From the NCBI GenBank assembly GCA_965645245.1, contig OZ287072.1, positions 1,984,001 to 2,048,000 on the forward strand: a stretch of DNA of 64,000 bases, in the 5' to 3' direction. This document shows, piece by piece, positions 35,996 through 48,955 of the stretch. The DNA comes from Massalongia carnosa. Its lineage: Eukaryota. A model generated the notes under the pieces. It was not told the origin of the DNA. It ran no database searches and saw nothing but the letters and a program-made list of their open reading frames with translations. The stretch's first letter is position 1; the number at the start of each line of letters is the position of its first letter. The position numbers and the translations under genes are program-made.

Positions 35996-38900
35996 TTAAC
36001 GGTTTTTATAAAGCTGGTTTTGAAGATGTGCAAGAACGGTAGACGTGTTTTGTATCGAAGCTGATGACGCGCTAATATCTGGTGAAAAATAGGGCGGAGG
36101 TGCAGAGATCTGAGTAGTCCAGTTCTGCTCCCTATGGTGTGGAAATGATGCCTCAAGGTTCTGATGGTATGCAGGCAGCTCACTTATGCGAGTATCATAT
36201 GTGATATGATGGGCTCCGCTAGACTTACTGATGCTGTGTGGTGGTATCGTCGAGGCTGGCTGCTGCGTGGGAGCATGATGCGAGAAGACTGGGACGGGAG
36301 AGAGCGGAGTAGGAAGAAACATAGTATACCCACCTGGATACTGGCCATGAGGCATTTGAGAGTATGGCGGCATTACCCTTTGCGGAGCTTGTGATATCTG
36401 ATGCATTTGTTGCATTTGATGCGTTTGCGTCATGGATTGCATTTTTTGCATTTGTTGCATCGGCTGCATGTGTTGCATGTGCTGCGCTTGTAGTGTGGGT
36501 TGCATGTTCGGCATGGGTCTCTGTGGCTGTTGCGTTTGCTGCATTAGTGGTGGTTGAGACATATGAGGCATTTGGTGCAATCCCATCGGAGAGGGTGGGA
36601 TTCGTAGCTGAGGCGCTGAATTTGGTAGGGTCGTCTCGCGGATTAGTTTCACCATCGCATCAACGTCAAAATTAGTTGCATGGTATGTCTCTGCTTTTGG
36701 GATGATGCTCAGAAGAAACATGACATCGCGAGGCAGACCGGGTTGAGAAGTAGCCTGGATCACTGAGTGGCTTTCAAATCGTGACTGCTCCTGAGGCTGT
36801 TGGTTTCGCTTGGCTTGATCGAGTCGACGGCCGGCCGCCCCTTTGAGAGGAGATTCGCCACGAGCTATCTTTCGGGGTCGCCCGAGGTCAGTATCCGAAT
36901 CATCGAGTGGTAGACCGCGCTTAGGTGAGTTAGGAGTCTGAGTGATCTTAAGGGGCGTATGCTGGTTGGCTGCGAGATCCTGGTTTGTTTGTAAAGATTT
37001 GGGTCTTGTTTGAGTGGGGGATACAACAGGACGAATCGCCGTCGGATCGAAACCCTGATTCGCAAAGCGTCTGGAGAAAAGAACGAGCATGGGATCTTCA
37101 GGGAAAAGGTCACTCATCCTTTTTTCAAGTTTAACGATTTGGTTTAACTCGCCATAGCGAGATTCAAACTCGTGGATAAAGGCGTAAAGTGGTTTTGCTC
37201 TAGGCAAGGTATCGGGTTTTTGTGTCAGCTTACCGACTGCGGTTTCAAAGACGGCCCTTGCATCTACAGACGGTCAGCAATTCTGGTTCAGCCTCCTTTA
37301 GCAAGACAAGATGAAGTCTTACTTGTATGATCGTTATTGGCAATGAGATGTTTTATGTATTCCAGCGCAAATGCCTCATCGTCTGGGAACAGCTTCAACC
37401 CGCGTTCAAAGATTTTCTTAGTCGTCTCGGGGTCGTAGCAGTGAAACTCAATCAGGGCACTCGCCACATAAACATCGCTAGTGATCCGACCTCTCTTCCG
37501 GGCATCGGTAAAGACCTGCCTTGAACCACCAATTTGCTCATTAACCTTCCCTTTCCCTTGTATGCGACGCATTGCTCGCATTAAAGCAATCCAAGCATAA
37601 GAGACAGTCTGGGATAGAAAGCGCACGTGTGCGGCATTGGCATTCTTTACCGCTTCAAGTTGTGCTATCTTCCGCTTTTCTCTATCATCCCTATCTTCAT
37701 AATTCATGTCCTCCTCCCGGTCATCTCCGTTGATAGCATTTCGTTGCTCAATGTCGTCAATGACAAATTGAGCCTCGATACGAGCAAGGTCCTGTGATTC
37801 GCGGGTCTTCGCTTTTCCTATCAGGTCATACAGTGCATCAAGCACTTTATCATATGGTTCTCTGACGGCTGCACCACGTCGCTTGGCACTCTCATCGCCG
37901 TCTTCATTTGCTGTGGTCAGCTCTAGACGATCTGCACGCTTGAACGCTAGTAAACAACTTTCGGGGTTTGCGGCAATGCCTTGGGTAAGGAAATCATTCC
38001 CTTCTGCGTCCAGAGAATTGGAAAAACAAAAATCAGCAGCATCGCACCATAATTCAGGCCAGAACCTCATCGACATCAATGCTTGCTTGTAAACAAAGAC
38101 GGTTCGATCTCTATATGCAGCTATATCGTCCTGCTTCAAGACAAGCGGGTCTTCTTGTTCCCATTGAATCCATCGCTTCCAGATCTCCAACTGCTCCAAA
38201 TATTCAACTTCGCCATCAAACCCTGGTGCAGGTGGTAGTGCTGGTAGAGTCGTTCGCCGAAGCCCTCTCGTAATATTCTCAAGTTTGATATAGGCACCGC
38301 GTGCAGTCATATAGATAGGAGATTGATCCCGGAGAAACTGACGACCCTAGATTTAGATTAGCAACGTCTCGAGGGAGAATACTGTTACACTTACCGTCGT
38401 CTTGTTTAAACCCATCTCAAATCCATCATACTCTTTCCACAATATGTTCGTAGACTGGTTTGGAATACTGATAGCACGTTGGTAAGTCTTCCGTAGCAGG
38501 TCCATCTTTTGCTGGTCCTGCCAGTTACTTCCTCCAATAATGCCTGGGCCCATTTTGATGAAAAGAATATAATCTTGCCACAACCTCCCAGATTCTTTGT
38601 CAAGACCGACATGCTGTAAAGCGAGGTCGTATGCTTGATGGATGATTTGGCGTGCTCCACCAGATGTATCAGTAGTTGTATTATTGTGACGGCGAATATG
38701 ATCCAGGTACATGGACCAAAGCTGAATATTAGGTATATGCAGAAGGGTATTGTGGAATATCTTTTCCAAAGCAGTACGATTTTGCGCTTCATTTTCCATT
38801 TGTGCATATGCAACCCATTGTTCAGCCTAATAGAACACATCAGATCGATCCAATCATTGGGTTTAGGGGGAACCTTACAGATGACGGAAAGACCCCGAGA

Positions 38901-39793
38901 AATCGGTCATAGGCCTTGCGGGCGTCCTCGAGTTTTCCTCTCTTCCTATGCTCCCCAATCAAGTTGAGCCAAGCGTCTAGATCCCCTCGAGGATCTTCTT
39001 TAATTCGATCCTCTAGAATGCCAACCCTGTCATGCGGTAAACGGGTTCTTGGAGCTGTTGCAACAGGAGTAATGGGTTTTTCGGTCACAGAGGACGCTAG
39101 GTCTATTACCTGTGGGGCCGGAGGTACTTGCATCGGCTTTGCTGCAAAGTCAACAGAAGGAATAGTCCTAGCATCATCATGCAAAATAGAAAGAGGAGCA
39201 ACAGACGAGGGAACGCCGTTCTGGGCAATAGGAGAAGCACATGGGTTTTGCACATCATTTTGTACTAATACATTTTCGGTAGACATGACGTCGTTAGAAG
39301 CATTCGAAAGAGAAGAAGACGCTGGTTTCGTGATATCCCTAACCGTTTCTGGGTGACCATCAGTACCACACTTATTTACATCTCCACCTTGGTGTTGATC
39401 GCCAACAGTAAAGCCATCAAGAAATTTGGCACTCGGCGTTTCAAGGTGAATCTCAGCAGATGATGAAGATGCTGGCGACATCGAGACGGACTGGCTGCGA
39501 TCTCGGATCGTGGATGGATCGTGGGAGTTCTGGGCGGTTGAGCTGGGTTCAGAAATCACTGGAAGTGCGGAGATAACAGGCAGCGCATCATGCTTCGAAG
39601 CATCAAGAGACAGGGTTTTGTTAGAATAGGATGATTTTGCATCTAGAGCAGGATCATATTCATCGGCAGAATCTGAATCTGACGGTTGTTTTCTAGCTGC
39701 ACCAGTTGCCTCGTAGCTACCAGCGATATTGTTCGCAGCCGCCTTCATAGAGTCGATAAATGCCGCCTCTGCATCCGCCTCCATGTCCACCAT
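35996..39793 (-). CDS. RNA14: mRNA 3'-end processing factor Rna14/CstF-77 (3' end uncertain; could extend to 35741 by splicing)
   Basis: RLPHDRVGILEDRIKEDPRGD, HAT repeats (LWSMYLDHIRR, LWKEYDGFE, WKRWIQWE, WIALMRAMRRIQG, KIFERGLK, FESRYG). Confidence 0.92.
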
Positions 39794-40315
39794 ATTTCCG
39801 ATTGTGTGCTGTTGAATGAGGACTATTTAGTGTTGCTAGAAGTGACTTTTGAGAGTATGCCCTCGATGATAGGTTAAATTCGAGAGATTTGAATACTTGC
39901 CGAATTGTCCATCAAGCGCCACTATATAGTCTAGTACAGAAAATGCTATGGTAGGATGAGTACCTTGATGAGTGAACAAATACAGAGGGTCGGGGAATAG
40001 AGATTGGTTTGATAGCTGTTGTTGATGTTGAACGGCAGTTACGGAATGTCTTGAGGCAATACTTAGTTCAGACTACGCCGCTTTAAGACTAGAGAGTTAT
40101 ACATTAAAGATACTCCGTCCTTTACGTAGTAAAGCCACTTAACACGTCCTTCAGGACGCGACGACTCAAATGCCCAATTCCTGAAAACAAAACTCCTAAC
40201 CATTTCACATCGCGCTTAATGAGTGAAAGATTTCATTTGCCTGTAAAATCCAGCCTACTCTCATCTTTCAACTTGTGATTAACCATCTATTGGTTCTTTC
40301 ATCGACCCGGTAACC

Positions 40316-41382
40316 ATGTCCGTCGTGTCTCTACTCGGCGTAAAGGTCCTCAACAATCCAGCGGCCTTTAACGCATCTTACCAATTCGAAATTACATTTG
40401 AGTGCCTAGAGCCTCTTCAGAAGGGTAAAATATCTAACGGAAATGAAGAATGAGAATACAGCTTGCTGACATCCACGGTAAAGATCTTGAATGGAAGCTG
40501 ACCTACGTCGGGTCGGCAACATCGTTAGCCACCTGTTTGTAAACAAAGCGCGTCTAAACTAAGGCTAATGGTCTACAGATCTGAGCATGATCAAGAACTT
40601 GACTCGCTTTTCGTTGGGCCCATTCCAGTCGGCGTCAACAAGTTCATATTTGAAGCGGACTCACCAGACTTAAAACGTATCCCCACGTCCGAAATCCTCG
40701 GAGTGACTGTTATCCTCCTTACATGCAGCTACGACGGGAGGGAGTTTGTGCGCGTTGGCTATTACGTCAATAATGAATACGATTCTGAAGAGCTGAATGC
40801 TGAGCCCCCCGCCAAGCCCCTGATCGAACGCGTTAGGAGAAACGTCCTCGCCGAAAAGCCACGAGTTACCAGATTTGCCATTAAATGGTGCGCTTTCACC
40901 TCATTCAAATGGCTGAACTAGGATGATTCTAACGGTGACACAGGGATACCGAAGATTCTGCGCCCGCAGAATTCCCCCCTGAGCAATCAGAAGCCGACAT
41001 CGTTGAAGATGACGGCGCAAACTACGGTGTAGAAGAGGAACAGGAATTAGAGCAAGCGCTCCAGGCAGCTGAGGAAGTCAAAGCTACTGGCGAAGACGAA
41101 GAAATGGCAGGCGCAGACGACACCGCCGGTGCATCGGGTATGCCTGCGGCCAAGGCCGAAGAAGGTAACGAAGAAGACGAAGAATCCGACGCCGGCAGCG
41201 AAGATCTAGAAGCGGAGAGCAGCGGCAGCGAGGACGAAGAGATCGAAGAGGAGGAAGGCGAGGGCGAAGGCGACGAGGATATGGAGATGGCCGAGGATGG
41301 CGAGCCTGCTGCCGGGCCGTCGACTGCTGGGAACGACCAGTCGCTGCACGAGCAACCGCATGGGGAGGTCATGGTCCATTAG
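40316..41382 (+). CDS. ASF1: Histone H3/H4 chaperone Asf1
   Basis: Exons 40316-40424, 40484-40523, 40579-40887, 40944-41382. [50 protein letters not shown], acidic tail. Confidence 0.97.
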
Positions 41383-41673
41383 CAATGGTCTGTCTTCGCT
41401 CTTGTGAATAATTGAAGTACAGCAAGACGGCATTCTACTAGGCTTCCTTGGCGTTGTGGGGTATTGTGAGCACTCTTGCGGTAAACAAATTGGGCGGATC
41501 AGCAAATATTGGATGAGGCATTCAATTTGCATTCACTCCATAGCATACCTAGTTACCGCAAATCATAGATCTATGACTATTTACCAGCTTTATTTTGGAC
41601 TGGCCTGGTTTGTACTATGAGGTTTTCCACCGAGAAGTTCCATAACAATAAGGTAACCCTAGTATATATTATA

Positions 41674-42128
41674 CAATACCAGGACATAAGTCTCCGCGAG
41701 AGGGGGGTTTTACACCAAAACCCGTCATGTTCACACATTGTCTTCGCAGCCTGCGATTCTTTTATGATTTCAGTATGTTAATAACAATCGATTAATCAAT
41801 CATAATTTAATTCAAACCCTATTTTGTTTTATGAATTGCTCTTGTTGATGTAAAGTAAATATGACACAATTTGAAAAATGTTGATTTTCCCCGCAAAATT
41901 CAAGCGAAAATCCCGATTTTCAAATGTTATAAACATTACACAGTTATAACATTACTACTTGATAATATAAAATAAATCTTAGTTGATCAAAAGATAATTC
42001 AACTGATTCTTCATAATACATTTTAATTCCAACGAATTTGTAGACTGAAAAGGCAATTTTATCGGTGTGTGAACATGATGGGTTTTGGTGTAAAACCCCC
42101 TTTCGCGGAGACTTATGTCCTAGTACTG
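41674..42128. mobile_element. MITE (455 bp) related to Tc1 element B
   Basis: About 62-bp TIRs CAATACCAGGACATAAGTCTCCGCGA...CATGTTCACAC / GTGTGAACATG...TCGCGGAGACTTATGTCCTAGTACTG, TA on both sides, very AT-rich non-coding interior. Confidence 0.92.
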
Positions 42129-42252
42129 TAGAACTCTCATCAACCTATCCCCACAACTCCATCCATCTGTTCTCCACCTCCCCCCCTACAACACAAAAAA
42201 GCCCCCAATATCCAAATCTCCCTTGCAATCTAGAGCCCCTTTCCCCCCCACC

Positions 42253-42723
42253 TCACCCCAATCTCCGTCCCCAAAACCCCTCATAAGCGGCCCAGACCGC
42301 GCGCACCTCCGCCTCCCTCCCCCTCCTCATGGCCTCCAGCCTCCCCACGGCCTCCTTCCGCCCATCGTACATCTCCTGGCTCCAGTGATACCACAGACGG
42401 TCGGCGCCGATCTGCACGCGGCGCGCCAGGTCGGCGATGGGCGGATCGCAGTCAGAGTAGATCTGCTGCGTGAGCGTTTGGCAGTGCGCGTGGTGGCAGG
42501 CACGGCAGGGAAAGGGGAGTTGCCGGGGGGCCGGGGTAGGGGTGTGTGGGGGGAGGGGGAGGAGGGTGTGCGTGCAGGAGAAGGAGGGGAGGAGCGGTAG
42601 GGGGGGGTTGTTGGGGTGGAGGGGTTGGTAGGGGGTGGTGAGGTTTGGGGCGCTTGTTGGGGGGTTGGTGGTGGGGGGGTGGTCGATTATGATGTGGAGA
42701 GGCGAGAAGGTAAGGGCCATCAT
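42253..42723 (-). CDS. Small hypothetical protein with Cys/His cluster
   Basis: 156-aa ORF with SCTH...PCRACHHAHC and a helical, aromatic-rich C-terminus (EVRAVWAAYEGFWG). No family named. Confidence 0.45.
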   Translation of the reverse strand: MMALTFSPLHIIIDHPPTTNPPTSAPNLTTPYQPLHPNNPPLPLLPSFSCTHTLLPLPPHTPTPAPRQLPFPCRACHHAHCQTLTQQIYSDCDPPIADLARRVQIGADRLWYHWSQEMYDGRKEAVGRLEAMRRGREAEVRAVWAAYEGFWGRRLG

Positions 42724-43111
42724 TGTTGGCTTTTTTGGTATCGGGTGTGTTTTTTTGGGGGCCGTTCGACCGGGGGTGAAGCGTGCTGTATATGTGCGTG
42801 TGAATGTTGGTGTGTGAGCTTTGTTGCGCGTGGTTTTTTCTAGGGTTTTGGTATGGTTGCCAGAAAGTTTTTAAAGCTGAGAGAACAACAAGTAGATAAT
42901 GAAATACTATTCTAGGAAGTGCTTTGTTTGCAGATTAAAGGAGATAAATAGGGTAAAGAAAGATCAACTTTGAAAAGACAAGGAGGCAATGAAAGTTATG
43001 TATGAAGGCGTTTTGAGTGCCGTTTGCAACAACACGGGGTTTCGTAAACATATTCTCCATAAGAAAAGACTTTGAATGGATTGAAATAAGTATAAAGTTG
43101 CCGGAAAATTT

Positions 43112-46100
43112 TCAGAATCCAAATTTGCTCCCAATTACTGTTGAGCATGTCAGTAAAAAGCTGCGAGCTTTTAAAAATTTAGTTCACTTCCAAATAGTGG
43201 CAACTTACCACCCATCACAGCCTTCTTCTTCTGCTTCCCAATATATTTGTTCACATCGTTAGCCCACCCGGTGCTATTATCTTCAAGTTTATCCATCGAA
43301 TCACCCATGATGTTTAAATTTTCTGTACGTTCCTGCACCTGCCGTTGCATGTATGCCCAGTAGCCCTCTTCCTGGCGCCCCGAAGTAGTTGAAGCGCTAG
43401 CGGCAGGGGCGGCGGGTTGACGATTTGCCAAACGGCGTTCTTGCTCGTCGGTGCGCATTTGCTCAATCATTCTTTTCGAAGGGGGCCGGTCTGCGCCACC
43501 AACTAGATGTTACGATTTAGCTTGAGCTGGTTGGATGGTTTTGGTAGGGAAGCCTATACTAAGTGTATCCATATCTGTCGGGGTAACATATTGTGTCCCT
43601 GATATCCATTGCAAGTTCGATATTGTAGGTCTAGGAGGAACAATTGCCTCCGGATTGAAAATTTTGTCCAGGGATTTTGCTCTGAGCAGTGATTAGAATA
43701 GAGTTAAGCCGATAAACGTATGGAAAATGCAATTCACTCACAAGTCTGAACCCGTGCCCCAAACATTCAACATTGCAATCTCCGAAGGCCCAGTCCATCC
43801 GACAATATCACCTGTATGAGTGATGACAGCTTCTGAAAACCTTCTGACGTCGAGGAAAGGCGTAACATTGGACGAAGCAATCTCCTTAAGGGCAGGTATG
43901 GAGTATGCTTTGGCGCAACCATCTCCAAACAGGCCAAGTAGGGCATAGCCAACAGACTGGTAACTAACAACGGCTGCATTGTCGCAAATAAATTCGTCCC
44001 ACGATTTATATGCTCCTTTGGCTGACACTGGCTTAAATATCCTGACGCCAGATTGAGTGATTACAAGGACAACACCATTTATCCTGCAGCCATCACGAAG
44101 ACTAGCGACAGCCACTTGAGTTGCATTTGCAGATTCGCCAGTATCTGCCTTAATCGGCGAAATGGAAACGACTTTTGCTTCCAGAGAAGCAGTGCCTGCA
44201 ATTTTAACGGTATAGCCTCCTTGCTGGTCAGGGAGAAGCTTGAATGTAATGAAACGTCCCAGATTAGTGCCCACAAATGCTAGAATGCTTGAATACTCTA
44301 TGAAACGTTAGCAACCAGAAAAATTCAGCTTTGAGCAAAATATTACCTTCCCCTTCAAGACTCATGACTCCAAATTCTATGCTTGTTGGCCATTCAGGCT
44401 TGCTCGAAGAATGGGAATGACTGTTGCTTTTTCGAAAGCTCCCATGTTTCTGCGGCTTGTGAAGATCCTTCAGGCTAGCCTCAAAGATGAGCGCTGGCCC
44501 TCGAAGGTCCACTATAGCAACACTTCCGCCCTCAAATCCAACCGCTACAAAGCCTATATCGCTTATTTTGAGTACAGTTACGGACCCCTGTTGCTGATCC
44601 AAAAGGGTGAGGGGAAGTAGGCCTTCTTTTACACCGGGCTCAGCCCGATCCTTGATGGATTCTAAACCAAATGCTTTCTCCGCAGCGTGAGGTAACTCCC
44701 TTCCGAAATTCGGGTTATGACCCCAGCGAAAAATGGCAACTTCACCACTTTGCAGACCCACGGCAAGTTCTCCTGTAGCGCTGGACATTGACGTGCTGAC
44801 GATACTTACATCGACCCTTCGCCCCACAGCTCGTGCTATATCAACCTGAACCACAGCTTGGTTCTCGATATCATCTCCATGCCCCACATCCCAAACGCGA
44901 ATTGTACCATCAGCGTGAGCGGTTTGCAACACATTCCTATTGGCGAACCTGCGGGATTGAAATTTAGCTGCAGCACCACCCTTGAGGATTGGTGGTCCGT
45001 GTGAGCGGTTCTCGGTCATGCCAAGCCACCTGGTACGATTGATAGGGGACAGACCAACTCGGTTAACAAACGGATGAATGAAGGTCAAAGATACGTGGAG
45101 CTGATTTGTAGGAGCAATCGGATGACCAGAAGGAAAACTCAAAGTAACAATCTCGCCGGAGGCTAAAAGCGCAATGACGGCTATAGGATCATAACAACCT
45201 GCATAATGAGGCGATTTACGTGGAATTAGACAGAAATCAACGACCTCGGTGTTGGGAGGCGTTGGTAGGACATGATGCTTCTTTGGTTTTTCGAAGTGGT
45301 CTGAAAGAAGTTGCCACGATGACGTGGCATAGTTCGGTGTATACCCAAGATCAAAGAAATTGAGTCCTTTGGTTGGAGATGCTGTTGATGCTCCGCCAGC
45401 AATGAGGATGCCAGTATCATCAGGGTTGTCTTTCGAACACCATGCGACTCGGAAAAGGGGCTCCTTGAGCGCAAATGTCCCAGGTGTAGATCCAAGATTT
45501 GCAAAGGAGACGCCAGGTTTATCGATATGATTATTTTGTAAGTTTCTGGCGAGGATCTTCCTGCCGTCCTTTGGATCCCAGATCACAAGGCTAGAGTCTT
45601 CATGGCCGGTGAGGATAAATGTGCCTGTTGGGTGCCAGATCGCCTGGGTCAGTCGTGGAAAACGCGGTTTGTTAGCAGACGTCGGGTCCGAGTCTCCTCC
45701 CGGCGCCCCTGAAGGAACCTCGTAGCGAAAGAACTTGGTTGCCTTGTCTTGCTGAAAGGAATAAATCACGGCTCCTTCAGAAAATCCTACCAGAAGCGTG
45801 CCAATATCCCGAGGATGGAATGCAAGGGAAACGACTGGCATCATACGTGCGCGTGGGTTTCTTTCTTTCCACAGGTTAGGAATCCTGAACGGTGCTAGGG
45901 CTTGGCGGTCTAGATCGTAGGCAATAATATCACCTTAAGCCAATCTCAGCATTGTAATGGCTTCTGCTATGCCGAGCCTCGGTTCACACACCATTCTGGA
46001 GTCCTATTAAAGCATAATCCAGCGTTGGATCGGTCAGCCATGCTGTGATCTGCCCTGGTGGCGTATAAGATGCTACAATCTTTGTCGTTTCTAACGAAAA

Positions 46101-46483
46101 TATCGCAATGTCATTCTTGGAATCAACGGCTACAAGCTTGTCCGCGCAGAAATGTAGCGTTCTCACGGATGCTTTCCTTGGCAAAGCCAGTTTCTGCGAG
46201 ACCCGTTTCTGCCCGAATATATAAACCTGGCCGACCCCGTGTTGCGTGTCATTGGTCCCGACAGCAAGGAGAGATTGAATAGGATCATAGGCTAAGGCGC
46301 TGATCTGAGAATTGATGCCATATCGCGCAACCTAAATTTGCTCAGTTACTTCTATTAGCCCTATTCACCCAACTCATTCCTAGGCGAGGCCTTTACTTGA
46401 TCGATGGCAAAGAACTCTGGATCTATGCCGGCAGATAAATCGTTCTGAATCCCAGCTTGTTTCCCACGAAGAAAATGTGCCAT
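43112..46483 (-). CDS. SRO7: Lgl/tomosyn-family WD40 exocytosis protein (Sro7/Sro77)
   Basis: MAHFLRGKQAGIQNDLS, ARYGIN..ISALAYDPIQSLLAVGT, WD repeats (FHPRDIGTLLVG, WHPTGTFILTGHED) and a C-terminal R-SNARE-like QERTENLNIMGDSMDKLED. Last exon VIGSKFGF*. Confidence 0.9.
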
Positions 46484-46893
46484 TCTGTTTGATGGGGGCC
46501 TCTTCTATCAAGTTGTCGAGGGAGGACGTTATTGTCTGTTAATGCACCTCGTTGATGCCAAATGAATGAACTTTGCAACTCCAAACTCAAACTCCATACC
46601 ATCAGCCTTACCGGTTACCTAATGCTAGTGAAATACCGTGTACTCTCTCACTCTGTACCTTGTACTCCGTACGGACTACAAACGCTAAATCCCCGGATTT
46701 GAACTAGCGCTGTCGATCATACGAAGCTCCGGATAAACTCACCAGAGTACGTCACGTCACGTCAGTCGATTAATTCTCCGAGCCATTACTGGCTGCTGAT
46801 ATAACTCGTAGAACCACTCCTCACTGATCATACCTCTTCATTGGTCTTATCCTCACCTTTTTTCTTACTTGCTCGTAGCAAGAATCACCGAGT

Positions 46894-48955
46894 ATGGTCT
46901 CCGATATTCGAACCGCAGGATTGAATAAACCAATTGATCTAGCCGAGTATCTCTTCAGGCGTCTATATGAAGTGGGCATCCGAGGAGTGCATGGCGTTCC
47001 GGGAGATTTTAATCTAGTAAACACATCTTGCCTTCTTCGCAGTCAGATGTGCATTGCTCAATGCCTTCAAGGTAGCCCTAGACTACATACCAAAGACTGG
47101 CTTAAATTGGATCGGGAATGCCAATGAGCTCAACGCAGGTATAAATATATCGGCTTGGTTTGCATTCCCAACCCTTTTCACTGACTGTGCGAAAGGCTAC
47201 GCAGCTGATGGCTATGCTCGAGTCAAGGGGATATCGGCGGTTGTTACAACCTTTGGAGTGGGCGAATTGAGTCTGGTCAATGCTATTGCAGGTGCTTATT
47301 CCGAGTACGTGCCAATTGTACATATTGTTGGGACGCCCTCGACGATTTCCCAGCGGGACGGCCTGCTTTTGCACCATACTCTTGGTAATGGGAATTTCAA
47401 TGTTTTCGCCGATATCAGCCAGAACATCGCTTGCGTCATAGCAAAATTGAATGACCCAAACGAAGCAGCAACACTGGTTGATTATGCCATTCGAGAGTGT
47501 TGGGTTCAGTCTCGACCTGTTTACATCGCATTGCCGACCGATATGGTTCAAAAGAAGGTAGAAGGAGAGCGTTTGGAGACGCCGATCGACCTCGGTTATC
47601 CTACCAATGACCCCGAAAAGGAAAACTATGTGGTGGAGGTCATTCTCAAATACCTCCATGCAGCCAAAACCCCGATTATCCTTGTAGACGCCTGCGCGAT
47701 CCGACACAAAGTACTGGAAGAAGTTCATGAGCTGGTCAAGAAATCCGGCCTGCCAACGTTCGTCGCGCCAATGGGTAAAGGCGCAGTCGACGAAACACTG
47801 CCCAATTACGGGGGCGTTTACGCCGGCAGTGGAAGCCACCGTAGTGTCCAAGAACGAGTTGAATCGGCAGACCTTGTTCTAAGCATTGGCGCCATAAAGT
47901 CTGACTTCAACACCGCCGGCTTTTCCTACCGCGTCAGCCAGCTCTCGACCATCGACTTCCACAGCGACTACATCCGCGTACGATATTCCGAGTATCCTGG
48001 CGTGCGTATGCAAGGGGTGTTGAAACAAATCATCGCCAAGATGGGGAAACTTAACATCCAACCGGGTCCCCAGCCGGACAATGAAATCGCAGAAGATGAC
48101 CAAGGCATATCCAAGGGTCAAGTCATCACCCACGCCTGGTTGTGGCCTAGGGTTGGCCAATGGTTGCAGCCAAACGACATCGTCATCACGGAGACTGGTA
48201 CCGCCAACTTCGGCATCTGGGAAACCAAGTTCCCCAAGGGCGTCACGGCTCTATCGCAAGTTCTATGGGGCTCAATCGGGTATTCAGTCGGCGCATGTCA
48301 AGGCGCCGCGTTAGCAGCAAAGGAGACAGGCGATCGGCGAACCATTCTCTTCGTAGGTGACGGCTCCTTCCAGCTGAGCGCTCAGGAAGTGAGCACTATG
48401 ATCCGACACAATTTAAACCCCATCATGTGAGGAAGCTATTTCCAGGTGTGAAAATTAGCCCACCCAACTGACATTCACAAAAAAAATCAAATAGCTTCGT
48501 CATCTGCAACGAAGGCTACACTATCGAGCGTCTCATCCACGGCATGGACGCATCTTACAACGACATCCAGCAGTGGAACTACAAGGACTTGGTCGCCGTC
48601 TTCGGCGCTGATCCGAAACGGTCGAAGACATTCCAGGTCAAGACGAAGCGGGAAGCGGAGGACTTGTTCAATGATAAAAGCTTTTCCTCAGCCCCATTCC
48701 TACAGGTTCGTCGTCCTTTCCCTTCCTTCTCCTCTCTCCTCCTCCTCCTCCTCCTCCTCTGTGACAGCATCATCTATAATACCCCCCTCTCCCTTCCAGC
48801 CCAAACACCCCAAATCCAAGAAACCCCACAACGCTGATTCCAGCATGGACGGTGAAACGCAGTTCGTCGAGATCTACATGCCGAAAGCAGACGTGCCCAG
48901 AACGCTGAAACTCACCGCTGCGGCTTCGGCGGCGCTGAACGCCAAGGAGTTATGA
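46894..48955 (+). CDS. pdcA: Pyruvate decarboxylase (TPP-dependent)
   Basis: Exons 46894-47016, 47072-47138, 47196-48426, 48495-48705, 48863-48955. [59 protein letters not shown]. Confidence 0.95.

Noticed and set aside
47102..47851. Long antisense ORFs (here, and 1020-1610, 12765-13286, 62505-63068)
   Set aside because: Shadow ORFs of GC-rich real genes on the opposite strand.
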